NCBI GenBank assembly: GCA_003132585.1
Contig: PKYG01000095.1
Location: 21,931-85,930 of the forward strand
DNA length: 64,000 bases
Origin: Actinomycetota bacterium
GTDB lineage: Bacteria > Actinomycetota > Thermoleophilia > UBA2241
Direction of reading: 5' to 3'
Of this stretch, positions 24,758-35,586 are shown one piece after another (within the stretch, counting starts at the first letter, position 1; each line of letters begins with the position of its first letter). The notes under the pieces are model-generated. The model saw only the letters and a program-made list of their open reading frames with translations, ran no database searches and had not been told where the DNA came from. The position numbers were made by a program, and so were the translations under genes.

Positions 24758-25153
24758 GTGGAACACTTGGGGGATCCAGAGGTTCTCAGCAGCGCCGTCA
24801 ATGACGTGGTGCTTGGGTACCTGCGCGACCTCTCAGCCCACAGTGACGTAGCGGAAGCTCTCCTGGAAGCGGTCGCCCCCTTGGGGGACGTACAGAGCTA
24901 CTGTCCCGATCTATCTCAGTATCGCTACGTCGCAGTCGCCACTCGTGGCGTGGTCTTCGGCTTTGCCGTCGGCATGGCGACCGTTGGCTTTCGGCTGAGT
25001 CCCGAGTTCAAGCTGCGCGCCCTGGCGACCGGCGCCGAGGACCTCGTGCAGGCGGGACCCGAGTGGGTCGGGATCGAGCTCTTTCGCAACGACTGGCCCG
25101 ATCCCGACCTCAAGTTCTGGGCGCTGAGAGCATATGTGTACGCGCGTGAGTGA
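24758..25153 (+). CDS. Hypothetical protein (131 aa), divergent from the 23589-24635 operon
   Basis: GTG start with an AAGGAG SD. No recognised motif. Confidence 0.45.
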   Translation: MEHLGDPEVLSSAVNDVVLGYLRDLSAHSDVAEALLEAVAPLGDVQSYCPDLSQYRYVAVATRGVVFGFAVGMATVGFRLSPEFKLRALATGAEDLVQAGPEWVGIELFRNDWPDPDLKFWALRAYVYARE

Positions 25154-25180
25154 CCTCTAGTCTAGCCGCCAATCGCTTCC

Positions 25181-25337
25181 CCCCGATTCGCCGTCCCACC
25201 CCGGTGATACACTCCGATCATCACTTGTCGCCACACATGGCGGCACGCGGGATTTGAAGAGCAGCTTGCAGCCGCGTCACCAACTGCTAAAGCGCCATGG
25301 GTCCGCCCGTGGCACCATTCTCTGAAAGGAGAGCGCC
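25181..25337 (+). repeat. Conserved leader element, copy 2
   Basis: See 21341-21499. Here the leader is separated from its small ORF by about 170 bp of unrelated sequence. Confidence 0.6.
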
Positions 25338-25509
25338 ATGGGAAGAGCCGAGCAAGACACCCCGCGCGAGGACATCACCAAGCAACTGAGCGTTGGCGTC
25401 GTGCACCCCGATACAGGCTTCTTGGTCGCGGGTCGGCGGAGATCCCCGGCATCGCCATCCACATGGCGTTCAAGCACTGTCCCGATTTCTTCGAGAGGAG
25501 GAGTGAACC

Positions 25510-25659
25510 ATGAAGAAACCACTCTTCCTGATCTCCACCGAGGGCATGACGCTGGAGGAAGCGCAGTCGGCGTTGCGGGCGGCGTTCCGTAGCCTGCTGC
25601 CGTCAGAGCCCGCGGAGGAGTCGCCTCCGGAGGAGCCGGACCAGGACCCACAGCCGTGA
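25510..25659 (+). CDS. Small acidic-tailed protein (49 aa), paralog A2 of 21500-21664
   Basis: MKKPLFLISTEGMTLEEAQSALRAAFRSLLPSEPAEESPPEEPDQDPQP. GAGGAGGAG SD. Confidence 0.4.
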   Translation: MKKPLFLISTEGMTLEEAQSALRAAFRSLLPSEPAEESPPEEPDQDPQP

Positions 25660-25660
25660 C

Positions 25661-25966
25661 AGGCTGGTCCGACCGGACTTCTGCATAGGGACCGATCGCT
25701 TCCACACGGCGGCTGCCCTTGCCCGGCCGCTAGAGTCGGGTTTCAAGGCGGAGGGTCTCAAGGTGGAGCGCGATCGTCCGTTTGCGGGAACGCTCGTCCC
25801 GCACGAGTTTCTCGGAGTCGAGAGCGCCGTGCAGTCGGTCATGATCGAGGTGCGGCGCGGTCTGTACTGTGATGAGCCGACAGGTGAGCGCAGCGCCGGC
25901 TTCGCTGCCACGCGCGACGCGGTGAAGTGGGCCGTGAGGGCTGGGGTGGAATCCGTTCTGCCGTGA
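25661..25966 (+). pseudogene. C-terminal about 100-codon fragment of an N-formylglutamate amidohydrolase-like gene. The 5' part is missing.
   Basis: In-frame translation ...GTDRFHTAAALARPLESGFKAEGLKVERDRPFAGTLVPHEF...SVMIEVRRGLYCDE matches the FGase C-terminal region. No N-terminal half upstream; the upstream sequence is repeat copy 2. Confidence 0.45.
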
Positions 25967-26221
25967 GCGCGTTGTCGTGCTGCACACGTTGACGGAGCGG
26001 ATGGCGTCTGAGGCTGTTTCTTATGGCTGCCCAGCCACACCACCAGGCGCTTCTTCACGGTTCTTCCGTCGCCCCGCTCCGCTAGCATTGTCGAGAGCCG
26101 GCGCGCGACCCCGCAGAGGCCCGACACCGGGGGAGATTCGCCCCCCGTCCGTTCATTCAAAGAAGTAGGATGTGAACAGCCATGAACGCGGCGGGGCCGT
26201 TGCCGTCTTCGGCCCAGCAGC

Positions 26222-28072
26222 TTGAGTCTGGGGGGCCTGTTGGCAGCCACACTCTTCAAGGAAGTCAGCTACACACTCTCCAAGCTCATCGAAGACATCG
26301 ACATGGGCGAGATTGGCCTTCCCGAAATCCAACGGCCGTTCATCTGGAAGAACTCCAAGGTGCGCGATCTCTTCGATTCCATGTACCGAGGCTTCCCCGT
26401 GGGCTACCTTCTGTTCTGGCAGAGCATCGCGAACGGTTACAAGCAGATCGGCCAGGGCGAGAAGCAGAAGTACCCGCGCCTGCTCATCGTCGACGGGCAG
26501 CAGCGTCTCACTTCGTTGTTCGCCGTTCTCAAGTGTGCACCGGTTCTCCGCGATGACTACCGCGCCGAGCGTATCCGCATCGCCTTTCGGCCTAAGGATG
26601 TGACCTTCGAGGTCACCGATGCCGCTATCGAGAAGGACGCCGAGTTTCTGCCAGACATCAGCTCTCTCTGGTCTAAGGAGAGCGGCCGAAAAAAGACAGT
26701 GACCGCGTTCTTCACCCGACTCCGCGAACGTCGCGAGTTGTCGCCCGACGAAGAGGAGCAGCTCGAGGAAGCCATCGACCGCGTTTACGATTTGCAGCAC
26801 TATCCGTTCACAGCTTTGGAGCTCTCGGGCACCGTTGGCGAAGAGGAAGTCGCTGACGTCTTTGTGCGGATCAACAGCAAGGGAATGACGCTCAACCAGG
26901 CGGACTTCATCCTCACGCTGATGTCCGTCTTCTGGGATGAGGGCCGCAAGGAGCTGGAAACCTTCTGCCGCGCGGCTCGAACACCAACCAGTGGCGCGGC
27001 GTCTTCCTTCAACTACTTCATCCAACCGGATCCAGACCAACTCCTTCGTGTGAGCGTCGCACTGGGGTTCCGCAGAGCGCGGCTCCAGTACGTTTATTCG
27101 CTGCTCCGCGGAAAAGATCTGGAGACCGGCGAGTTCTCGGACGACCGACGGGACGAGCAGTTCAAGGTGCTGCAGCAGGCGCAGAGCTACGCACTCAAAT
27201 GTCAGAACTGGCACGAGTTCTTCAAGGCGATCATGACCGCCGGCTACAGGAGCGGCGGCATGGTCTCTTCCGAGATCGGCCTCCTGTACGCCTATGCGCT
27301 CTACCTCATCGGGCTGCGCGATTTCCACGTCGACCACTTCGAGCTGCGGCAGGTCATCGCTCGCTGGTACTTCATGACCGCGGTGACTGGACGTTACAGC
27401 TCAAGTCCAGAGACCACCATGGATCAGGACCTGGCGCGACTGCGCGAAGCACATGGCGCCAGAGGGTTCGTCGAGGCGTTGGACGCCATGATCGCCGAGC
27501 GTTTCACCGAGGATTTCTGGACCCTCAATCTGCCGCGCGACCTGGCCACGTCTGCCTCGCGCGGACCCACACTGTTTGGCTACTACGCCGCTCTGAACCT
27601 AGTTGGGGCCAAGGTCCTGTTCTCACAGATGACGGTGCACGAGCTTCTGGACCCCAGCACCGCAGCGAACAAGGCTGCGCTCGAGCGTCACCATCTCTTT
27701 CCCAAGGGCTATCTCCGCACCATGGGCATCACAGACACGCGCGAGACGAACCAGGTCGCCAACTTCGCCCTGGTCGAGTGGGCCGACAACATCGGTATCT
27801 CAGACACGGCCCCAGTCGACTATTTCTCCGGTTACGCCGGGCGATTCCCCAACGACGAGCTGCGCTCCATGATGTACTGGCATGCGCTCCCGGAGGACTG
27901 GGTCCACATGACATACGCTGACTTTCTGGCGGCCCGCCGTGAGGGCATCGCGCTCGTCATGCGCGACGGCTTCGCGCGCCTGAAAGGCGGTAAGGGCGTC
28001 AATGCCGATTCTGCGCCGACATCGTCCGCTGCACCCTCGGAGCAAGCGGAGACAGCGGCGTTCGAGATCTAA
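26222..28072 (+). CDS. GmrSD-family type IV (modification-dependent) restriction endonuclease-like protein, DUF262 + DUF1524
   Basis: DUF262 motifs EIQRPFIW and [15 protein letters not shown]-terminal DUF1524 His-Me finger region [12 protein letters not shown]...[13 protein letters not shown] start; see finding on the alternative ATG at 26182. Confidence 0.8.
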   Translation: MSLGGLLAATLFKEVSYTLSKLIEDIDMGEIGLPEIQRPFIWKNSKVRDLFDSMYRGFPVGYLLFWQSIANGYKQIGQGEKQKYPRLLIVDGQQRLTSLFAVLKCAPVLRDDYRAERIRIAFRPKDVTFEVTDAAIEKDAEFLPDISSLWSKESGRKKTVTAFFTRLRERRELSPDEEEQLEEAIDRVYDLQHYPFTALELSGTVGEEEVADVFVRINSKGMTLNQADFILTLMSVFWDEGRKELETFCRAARTPTSGAASSFNYFIQPDPDQLLRVSVALGFRRARLQYVYSLLRGKDLETGEFSDDRRDEQFKVLQQAQSYALKCQNWHEFFKAIMTAGYRSGGMVSSEIGLLYAYALYLIGLRDFHVDHFELRQVIARWYFMTAVTGRYSSSPETTMDQDLARLREAHGARGFVEALDAMIAERFTEDFWTLNLPRDLATSASRGPTLFGYYAALNLVGAKVLFSQMTVHELLDPSTAANKAALERHHLFPKGYLRTMGITDTRETNQVANFALVEWADNIGISDTAPVDYFSGYAGRFPNDELRSMMYWHALPEDWVHMTYADFLAARREGIALVMRDGFARLKGGKGVNADSAPTSSAAPSEQAETAAFEI

Positions 28073-28074
28073 CG

Positions 28075-29721
28075 ATGGCCGCGAAGCAGAGGACGAACAA
28101 CGGCGCCAACGTCGGCTTCGAAGAGAAGCTCTGGGCCGCCGCCGACAAGATGCGGGGCCACCTCGACCCCGCCGAGTACAAGCACGTCGCGCTGGGGCTC
28201 ATCTTCCTCAAGTACATCTCCGACTCGTTTGAAGAGCTGCACAAGAGATTGATCGCCCAGGCGCAGAGCGAGTGGGAACAAGCCGCGCAAGAGGCCGCCG
28301 CGCACGGCCAGGACCCCGACAAGCTCCGCGAATCCTGGTCCGCCGCCACCGACCCGGAAGACCGCGACGAGTACACTGCCGAGAACGTCTTTTGGGTGCC
28401 GCAGCCGGCCCGCTGGAGCTACCTGCAAGACAACGCCAAGCAACCGACCGTCGGCAAGCTCATCGACGACGCCATGGACGCAATCGAGCACGAGAACCCG
28501 GGCCTGCGCGGCGTGCTGCCCAAGCGCTACGCGCGCGAAGACCTCGACAAGCGCCGCCTCGGTGAGCTCATCGATCTGATCGGCAATATCTCGATGGGCG
28601 ACACCGAGTCGAAGTCCAAGGACGTGCTCGGGCGTGTGTACGAGTACTTCCTCGGCCGCTTCGCCAGTGCCGAGGGCAAAGGCGGCGGCGAGTTCTACAC
28701 GGCTCGCTGCGTGGTCAAGCTGCTGGTCGAGATGATCGAGCCCCTGCACGGGCGCGTGTACGACCCCTGTTGCGGCTCGGGCGGCATGTTTGTGCAAAGC
28801 GAACGCTTCGTCGAGGCACACGGCGGCCACAAGGGCGACATCTCGCTCTACGGGCAAGAGAGCAACCCGACCACCTGGCGCCTTGCCAAGATGAACTTGG
28901 CCATCCGCGGGCTCGACGGCGATCTGGGGCCGCAGCCGGCCGACACCTTCCACAACGACGTGCACAACGACCTGAAGGCCGACTTCATCCTCGCCAACCC
29001 GCCCTTCAACGTGAGCGATTGGGGCGGCGGCGCCCTGCGCGACAACGTGCGCTGGAAGTTCGGCGCGCCGCCGGTAGGCAATGCCAACTTCGCCTGGGTT
29101 CAGCACTTCGTCCACCACCTGGCGCCGCAGGGCGTGACCGGCTTCGTGCTCGCCAACGGCTCGATGAGCTCGCAGCAGAGCGGGGAGGGAGAGATCCGCA
29201 AGCAGATCGTCGAGGCCGACCTGGTCGATTGCATGATCGCCCTGCCGGGACAGCTCTTCTACACGACTCAGATCCCCGTGTGCCTGTGGTTCCTGGCGCG
29301 CGACAAGAGCGATGGAGGAGGTGGGAGCGGCGGTCGCGGAAGCGACCGCCGCTCCCAGACCCTCTTCATCGACGCCCGCCAGATGGGCGCCATGGTCGAT
29401 CGCACTCACCGCGAGCTGACCGACGACGACATCGCTCGCATCGCTCGCGCCTACCACGCCTGGCGTGGCGAGGACGGCGCGGGCGACTACGAGGACATCC
29501 CCGGCTTCTGCAAGAGCACCACCACCGAGCAGATCACCGAGCACGGCTACGTGCTCACCCCCGGCCGCTACGTCGGCGCCGCCGACGCCGAAGGCGACGG
29601 CGAGCCCTTCGACGAGAAGATGAAGCGCCTGACGGCGGAGTTGCGCGAACAGTTCGCGGAGTCGGCGAGACTGGAGGAGGAGATCAGGGCGAACCTCGGG
29701 CGCTTGGGCTATGAGCTCTGA
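28075..29721 (+). CDS. hsdM: Type I restriction-modification system DNA methyltransferase subunit
   Basis: N6-adenine MTase motifs, including [14 protein letters not shown] and NPPFN. Confidence 0.9.
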   Translation: MAAKQRTNNGANVGFEEKLWAAADKMRGHLDPAEYKHVALGLIFLKYISDSFEELHKRLIAQAQSEWEQAAQEAAAHGQDPDKLRESWSAATDPEDRDEYTAENVFWVPQPARWSYLQDNAKQPTVGKLIDDAMDAIEHENPGLRGVLPKRYAREDLDKRRLGELIDLIGNISMGDTESKSKDVLGRVYEYFLGRFASAEGKGGGEFYTARCVVKLLVEMIEPLHGRVYDPCCGSGGMFVQSERFVEAHGGHKGDISLYGQESNPTTWRLAKMNLAIRGLDGDLGPQPADTFHNDVHNDLKADFILANPPFNVSDWGGGALRDNVRWKFGAPPVGNANFAWVQHFVHHLAPQGVTGFVLANGSMSSQQSGEGEIRKQIVEADLVDCMIALPGQLFYTTQIPVCLWFLARDKSDGGGGSGGRGSDRRSQTLFIDARQMGAMVDRTHRELTDDDIARIARAYHAWRGEDGAGDYEDIPGFCKSTTTEQITEHGYVLTPGRYVGAADAEGDGEPFDEKMKRLTAELREQFAESARLEEEIRANLGRLGYEL

Positions 29722-30989
29722 GGACTGGCGAACCGCTTCGTTCCGCGACCTGATCGCCAACGGCGTTCTCCTAATCGGCGACGGCTATCGCGCCAAGAAC
29801 AGCGAGCTCGGCGGCGAGGGGCCCATCTTCCTTCGGGCAGGCCATGTCAGAAACACGCACATCGAGTTCGATGCTGCCGACCACTTCGTCGCCGAACTGA
29901 CACCCAAGCTCAAGGCAAAGATGTCGCGTGCCGGCGATGTCGTCGTGACGACGAAAGGCAACAGCACCGGGCGCGTGACCTTCGTCAGCGGCGAGATGCC
30001 GCCGTTCATCTACTCACCGCATCTCAGCTATTGGCGCTCGCTCGACCATCACGCATTGCACCCGGGCTTCCTACGCTACTGGTCTCGCAGTCGCGAGTTC
30101 CGCACTCAGCTAGCTGGCTTCGCCGCTCAGACCGACATGGCTCCCTTCATCAGTCTGCGCGACCAGCAACGCCTTCAGATCACGCTTCCGCCTCCGTCGG
30201 TTCAGCAATCCATCGCGGTGACACTCGGCGCTCTCGACGACAAGATCGAGCTAAATCGCCGCATGAACCGCACCCTCGAGTCGATAGCCCGCGCCATCTT
30301 CAAGTCGTGGTTCGTCGACTTTGATCCAGTGCGGCAGAAGATGGAGGGCGGCGAGCTTCTCAGAATCAAGGTTGGGACCCATCCCGACGGGCTGGGATGT
30401 GGCCGCAATTGGCGATGTCGTCGCAGTCATTGGCGGTTCGACACCAAGCACGAAGGAGCCGGCGTATTGGGGCGGCGAGATCGCCTTTGCGACGCCTCGG
30501 GACATGGCTCAGTTGACAGCTCCCGCTCTGAGGGCGACGGAGCGGCGAGTCACTCCTGAAGGTGCAGCCACCATCAGTTCCGGGCTGCTACCGCCAGGCG
30601 CCGTACTCATGTCATCCAGAGCACCGATAGGCTATCTGGCAATCACCGAGATTCCCGTGTGTGTCAACCAGGGCTTCATCGCGATGCTGGCGGAGTCGGC
30701 GCTACCTGCCCTCTACGTTCTGAACTGGGCGCGTGAGAACATGGAGACCATCGTCGCCAGCGCAAATGGCACTACCTTCCTCGAGATCAGCAAGCGCAGC
30801 TTCCGGCCACTGCTCATCGCGGTACCGCCAGATGAGGTTCTGAACACATTCGTTGACGTTGCGACTTCGCTGCATCGACGCGTCGTCAGCGGTCTCGACG
30901 AGAACGACCTTCTCTGCGCGACGAGAGATCGACTTCTGTCCGCGCTCCTCCGGGGGCATCGGGGGACGCAGGAGCTACCTCATGATTGA
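29711..30989 (+). pseudogene. hsdS: Type I RM specificity subunit, frameshifted around 30355-30375. TRD1 plus the central conserved region are in one frame and TRD2 in the +1 frame.
   Basis: Frame A carries TRD1 and the conserved ...LDDKIELNRRMNRTLESIARAIFKSWFVDFDP. Frame B (ORF 30321-30989) continues with LGPIPTGWDVAAIGDVV... (TRD2). Could be a sequencing error or a functional half-HsdS. Confidence 0.6.
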
Positions 30990-32727
30990 CCCGGTAACCG
31001 CATTGGCCGTCTCGATGAATGCCAGCCCAGGTGTGTATGCGCTGTTACTGGGGTCGGGGGTTTCAAAGGCAGCGGGAATCCCGACGGGTTGGGAAATCGT
31101 CCAGGACTTGACGGGACGCCTCGCTGTCGCCGAGGGCGAAGATGTGGGCGGCGATGCCATCGGGTGGTATGTGTCGCGCTATGAGCGGGAGCCGGACTAC
31201 GACGTTCTGCTCGAGGAACTCGCTCCGCTGCCGTCAGAACGGAATCGGTTGCTCCGCGCGTACTTCGAGCCCTCGGAGGAGGAGCGGGAGCAGGGGCTGA
31301 AGCAACCGACGGAGGCACATCGCGCAGTCGCCGAATTGGTGCGCCGGGGCTACGTCCGAATCGTAATCACCACAAACTTCGACCGTCTCCTTGAGCGCGC
31401 TCTCGATGAAGCTGGCGTGTCGGCCACAGTCGTTTCGTCTGGTGATGATGTCGACGGACTTCTGCCGCTCGACCATTCAAGCTGCACCATTGTCAAAGTC
31501 CACGGCGACTACCTCGACACCCGCATCAAGAACACCGAGCGGGAACTCAGGACCTACGACCCGCGTATCGACTCCCTTCTGGATCGCGTGTTTGACGACT
31601 ACGGTCTGATCGTATGCGGCTGGTCAGCGAAGTACGACAAGGCTTTGCGCGCCGCGATAGCGCGGTGTCCGTCGCGGCGGTTCTCAACGCACTGGGCAGC
31701 GCGTGGGAAGTTGGGAGTGTCTGCTGAGCGCCTTGCGACAGCGCGCGACGGGCACATTGTAGCCATCGAGAGCGCTGATAGCTTCTTCGCAGAGCTCCTG
31801 GAGCGAGTGACAGCCCTGGCCGACGCTGAGGAAGATCCGATGTCTGCCCGAGTCGCCGTAGCCCGGTTGAAGCGCTACCTGCCTGTGCCCGATGCCAGGA
31901 TTCGGCTGCACGACTTGGTCTCCCAGGGCACGGAGGACTTGCGGGGCCGTTTGACGTCGAAGGAGTTCCCTCTGAGTTCGCCCCCTCCGACTCCCGAGGC
32001 CGTTCTCCAACGCATGAAGGCCTTCGATGCCGCATCGGATATCGTGGCCCGTCTGGCCGCGGTCGGGGCATTCCATGGGCGCCCGGAGCAAGAGGAAGTC
32101 TGGGTGCGGATGCTTCAACGGGTGGCGGAGCTTGATGAGGTTGAAGGGCAACGTCTAGTGGTCTGGGACAGCCTCCGCTTGTATCCGGCTCTTGTCTTGA
32201 TGTACGCCGCCGGGATCGCCGCCGTTGCCTCCGGTCACTTCTCGGTGCTTGAGTCGCTGGCGCAGCGGGTGAGGATCGATGATGAAGCGCTAGTCAGGAA
32301 GCTGTACACGTGGTCGGTTCTGGACGATCGCTTGGCGAAGCAGATTCCGGGACTTGAGCGCCGCCACACGCCGGTCAGCGACCACCTGTATGCGGCGCTG
32401 CGCGATGCCATGCGCGACATTCTCCCGTCTGACCAGGAGTACGCTGCCGCATTCGACCGGTTTGAGTACTTGTGGGCGTTGATGCACGTTGATGCAACAC
32501 TCGGGACAGACCACTGGCATGATGGGTGGGGGCCAGTTGGCAGGTTTGGATGGCGCCGCCGCCCGAGTGGCGAGCGTGAGCCTGCAGTTGTTGGGCGCGA
32601 GCTGGAACGACAAGGAGAAGCATGGCCACCGCTCGCCGCGGGTCTGTTCGGCGGTTCGTTGGACAGGCTCAACGAGGTGAAAACCGCTTTCGACGCGTTC
32701 GTGTCGAAGCTCGGCATGGCGTTCTAG
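30982..32727 (+). CDS. SIR2-like (SIR2_2 / DHS-like NAD-binding) domain protein (581 aa) with an uncharacterised helical C-terminal half
   Basis: LLLGSGVSKAAGIPTGWEI...VRIVITTNFDRLLERA...IVKVHGDY...LIVCGWS. ATG overlaps the hsdS stop (ATGATTGA). Confidence 0.7.
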   Translation: MIDPVTALAVSMNASPGVYALLLGSGVSKAAGIPTGWEIVQDLTGRLAVAEGEDVGGDAIGWYVSRYEREPDYDVLLEELAPLPSERNRLLRAYFEPSEEEREQGLKQPTEAHRAVAELVRRGYVRIVITTNFDRLLERALDEAGVSATVVSSGDDVDGLLPLDHSSCTIVKVHGDYLDTRIKNTERELRTYDPRIDSLLDRVFDDYGLIVCGWSAKYDKALRAAIARCPSRRFSTHWAARGKLGVSAERLATARDGHIVAIESADSFFAELLERVTALADAEEDPMSARVAVARLKRYLPVPDARIRLHDLVSQGTEDLRGRLTSKEFPLSSPPPTPEAVLQRMKAFDAASDIVARLAAVGAFHGRPEQEEVWVRMLQRVAELDEVEGQRLVVWDSLRLYPALVLMYAAGIAAVASGHFSVLESLAQRVRIDDEALVRKLYTWSVLDDRLAKQIPGLERRHTPVSDHLYAALRDAMRDILPSDQEYAAAFDRFEYLWALMHVDATLGTDHWHDGWGPVGRFGWRRRPSGEREPAVVGRELERQGEAWPPLAAGLFGGSLDRLNEVKTAFDAFVSKLGMAF

Positions 32728-32740
32728 CGGGAGGCACTAC

Positions 32741-33016
32741 GTGAACGGCAAGACCATCCGCATCTTCCTCGCCGACGGCGAGCCGACCGGTATCCTCCTC
32801 GCCGAGGCCAGCAACTGGACCGGCGAGGTCATCGTCGCGCCGCGCTCGCAGCTCGATCAGCTCAGCAAACGCGAGGAGGTGCGCCGCACCGGCGTCTACC
32901 TGCTCGTCGGTCCCGACTCCGACGATTGCCCGCGGAAGCCGGTCACCATGGATGAGGGTGGGGGACTGCGCAAAAGGCGACTGGCCAATCGCGTCAGGGA
33001 AGGATGCCATGGCTGA
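32741..33016 (+). pseudogene. N-terminal fragment of a GIY-YIG/DUF4357-like gene whose GIY-YIG core is missing
   Basis: MNGKTIRIFLADGEPTGILLAEASNWTGEVIVAPRSQLDQLSKREEVRRTGVYLLVGPDSDD, then out-of-family sequence. A matching downstream fragment (VVIVSKDENLTKSH) lies about 1 kb away, near 33900-33945. Confidence 0.45.
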
Positions 33017-33734
33017 CTTCGACGCGCGCGCACTCGCGCTGAATGAGGAGCTCGAATGCGGCGTGCGGCTTGTGGAGTCGGGACTTCATGCCTGTCGCGA
33101 ACTGGTTCCACCGGGCGACGACTACTACACGCCCCTGTTCCTCCTTTCGAATGGATTCGAGCGGCTGCTCAAGGCGGCTGTCTGCTATGCGCTGTTGGAG
33201 GAGTTCGGTGACTACCCGACCGCAGGCGGTTGGAAGCGCAAGTGGTGGCAGACGCATTCGCTGCAGGCGCTCTTGGCGAATCTGCTTGAGTTGGCGGATA
33301 TGCCCGACGCTCACGGTCGCGCCGTCCTGTCGCGGGTCGATGATGAGGAGGCTGTGCTCTGTCGAATCTGGCGGGTCCTGGAGCAGCAGTCCGTGGCTGA
33401 CGCTGGTCGGTACCACACGCTCAACGTAGTGTTGTCCGCTCGGCGTTTGGTGCACAAGGGGCGGCTTGATCCTGCCTACGAGTGGCAACAGATCGAGACA
33501 GACTTGGCAGGGCGGGTGATTTTGGCGGGGCAGGTGACGCCGGACGAGGTGGGCATGGACCGAGCCTACTCGCTGGCCGCATCCCGCATCGCTGACGAAG
33601 TGGGCTGGTTCGCGTGGAGCATCGCCAGGATGTTCAAGAAGTGGTCTCTGGGCCAGGAAGCGTGGCTGTTCTCGGACGTGGTTCAACCTCTTTTGGCGCA
33701 TGAGCCGCCGAGGCGCCTTCCTTCGTCACAGTAA
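33009..33734 (+). CDS. Hypothetical protein (241 aa) sitting between the two halves of the disrupted DUF4357-like gene
   Basis: GGAAGGA SD before the ATG. Coding-like composition. No motif recognised. Confidence 0.4.
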   Translation: MADFDARALALNEELECGVRLVESGLHACRELVPPGDDYYTPLFLLSNGFERLLKAAVCYALLEEFGDYPTAGGWKRKWWQTHSLQALLANLLELADMPDAHGRAVLSRVDDEEAVLCRIWRVLEQQSVADAGRYHTLNVVLSARRLVHKGRLDPAYEWQQIETDLAGRVILAGQVTPDEVGMDRAYSLAASRIADEVGWFAWSIARMFKKWSLGQEAWLFSDVVQPLLAHEPPRRLPSSQ

Positions 33735-34308
33735 CTGGCGGCGCTGTGGGGCTGATAGTGACTGTAACCGGCGCTTGGATCGGCGGACGACGATACCGAC
33801 TCCGGCGACTCTTGGCGACAGGTGTCTCCATCGGCGAGACCGACACGTCCTCAAGCGCCTGCTCAACAACAACCGCACAGAGGCCAAGGACTTCTGCGAG
33901 CGCACGGTTGTAATCGTCAGCAAGGACGAAAACCTGACCAAGTCACATCCATTCACGGCACGACTGCTGAGCGCCGCGTGTTCGCGGATCTGCGCGATGC
34001 GCTCGTTCCGCGGCTGGTGCCTGGAGACACGGATGCGTTCGATGGAAGACCGGGGAGAATGCGGTCCGGGGAGACTGGCCCGTCTCGGCCCGAGACGGGC
34101 CGCGGGACGATGAGCTAGCTGGCCTCTCGCGGCTCAGGCTTAACGCGAATCGCCGGGACGGTGGTCACTACCGCGATGGTACAAGGCCTCTCGACCGTCA
34201 CCTCTGCCCGGCTCACGCTATGAGAAGGAGAATCGGCCGACCGCTCGATGAGGTGCGGCCCAGCCGGTTTGAAGCTGCTGTGCTCGGCATCTGTCCGGTA
34301 GTTGGGGC

Positions 34309-35475
34309 TCACGTCGCTTCCCCTTCTTGCTTGCCGTGGCTAGCTTTGACGTCCACGTCTTTGCATTGCCATCCTACACCCGTTCTAACCGCCACGACTT
34401 GCAGGTTCATGTCAGGGAGACGCACCGCGTTCAACTTGCCTGTCTGCCTGAACTCGCTGCGGCACCGCGGGCTCTCCACTGTGGCGAGGAAGAGGTCGTA
34501 GTCGATCGCCGTATGCGAGACGACTTGGATCTGCGCCAGGATCTGCTGATGAGCCTGCTGGGCCAAAGCAGGAGGCAGACCAGCGGGAAGGTTCACCTGA
34601 GGCACCGTCGTCAACTGTTGGCTCAGCTCAGAGTCTTTCATGACCTCGATAAGCGGGTCGAACGGCGTGTCCATTTCCATCTCGGCAGCGACGTCGGTCC
34701 ACACCGACCACAATGCGTCGTCTAGCTCCAGATCCTCAGCCTTGATCACGCGTAGCCCTGCCTCTGCCGCCTCGCGGCGACCGACCGGGTAGCCATGGTG
34801 ATAGAAGGCGCTGTTGAAGGACTCGGCGATGGCCTTGGCTTGGTTCTTGTCCTCCATGTGCATGCCAAGCAGTTTCTCGCCCATGGACAGAGCGAGATTG
34901 GTGCCGCGCTTGGCAGAGCCTACGGCGATTGCACCGACGTCGCGTATTGCCAACTCGAAAGCTCGTTCCAGTGGACCTTGGTCTGTGATGCCGACATCTG
35001 CGCGCAGAAACTCGAGGAAGTGGCGGACATCTTCTGAGCCGAACGTAACTTCCTCGATTTCGCCCGTGGGATGGCCGTCAGGCCCCGTGACTCTGCGTCG
35101 CTGGGTTAGTTGCATGTCGACAGGGCCGAGGTTGGCGAACGGATGCATCACGACTTCGTCGGCGCCGAGAGCAAGAAGCGTCGCGGCTGAGAACGCCGAG
35201 AACGGCAGCAGCACGCCGACGCTCGCAAACCGTTCGCGCAGAACACTGACGATGCGCCAGGCGACGGTGGGATCGCCACCGTTGCTCACGATGAGGAGGT
35301 CAATGGCTGAGTGTTCGGGCGCTACGCAACGAACCTGCTCTGCGATGTGCTGGATGACGTCTGACGCCATCTGCGCCTGGGCGTTGGGGCGACTGCTGGT
35401 CACGTAGGCGATGACCGGTCGGTTCCGTTTCGCCTCGATCATCTGGTAGAGGGCATTGCGCTCTGCGAATCCCAT
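34309..35475 (-). CDS. SDH-family ClpP/SppA-fold serine protease-like protein (388 aa)
   Basis: RPVIAYVTSSRPNAQAQMASDV...IDLLIVSNGGDPTVAWRIVSVLRE...VLLPFSAFSAATLLALGADEVVMHPFANLGPVD. The ORF track extends to 35880, but the extension is antisense to a repeat fragment. Confidence 0.65.
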   Translation of the reverse strand: MGFAERNALYQMIEAKRNRPVIAYVTSSRPNAQAQMASDVIQHIAEQVRCVAPEHSAIDLLIVSNGGDPTVAWRIVSVLRERFASVGVLLPFSAFSAATLLALGADEVVMHPFANLGPVDMQLTQRRRVTGPDGHPTGEIEEVTFGSEDVRHFLEFLRADVGITDQGPLERAFELAIRDVGAIAVGSAKRGTNLALSMGEKLLGMHMEDKNQAKAIAESFNSAFYHHGYPVGRREAAEAGLRVIKAEDLELDDALWSVWTDVAAEMEMDTPFDPLIEVMKDSELSQQLTTVPQVNLPAGLPPALAQQAHQQILAQIQVVSHTAIDYDLFLATVESPRCRSEFRQTGKLNAVRLPDMNLQVVAVRTGVGWQCKDVDVKASHGKQEGEAT

Positions 35476-35586
35476 GAGTTCCCCCGGATCGCGTTCGCTT
35501 GAACAAGGGTGCACGACGATAGTACTCGGAGGCGAGTGACGCAAGGGGGCGTCCGGCACAGCGAGGTGACATTCGCGGAGCCGTTG

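Noticed and set aside
25338-25592. 84-aa ORF starting where small ORF A1 starts in copy 1 of the repeat, running through the A2 gene in another frame
   Set aside because: After the first three codons it shares no similarity with paralog A1, it overlaps the well-supported A2 ORF out of frame, and it is Arg/Gly/Ser-rich. It probably reflects foreign sequence inserted between the leader and A2.
26153-27337. 394-aa ORF antisense to the GmrSD gene, with 28069-29760 antisense to hsdM and 36829-38982 antisense to hsdR
   Set aside because: Long antisense ORFs are expected in high-GC coding DNA. The sense strands carry DGQQR, NPPFN and HsdR helicase motifs.
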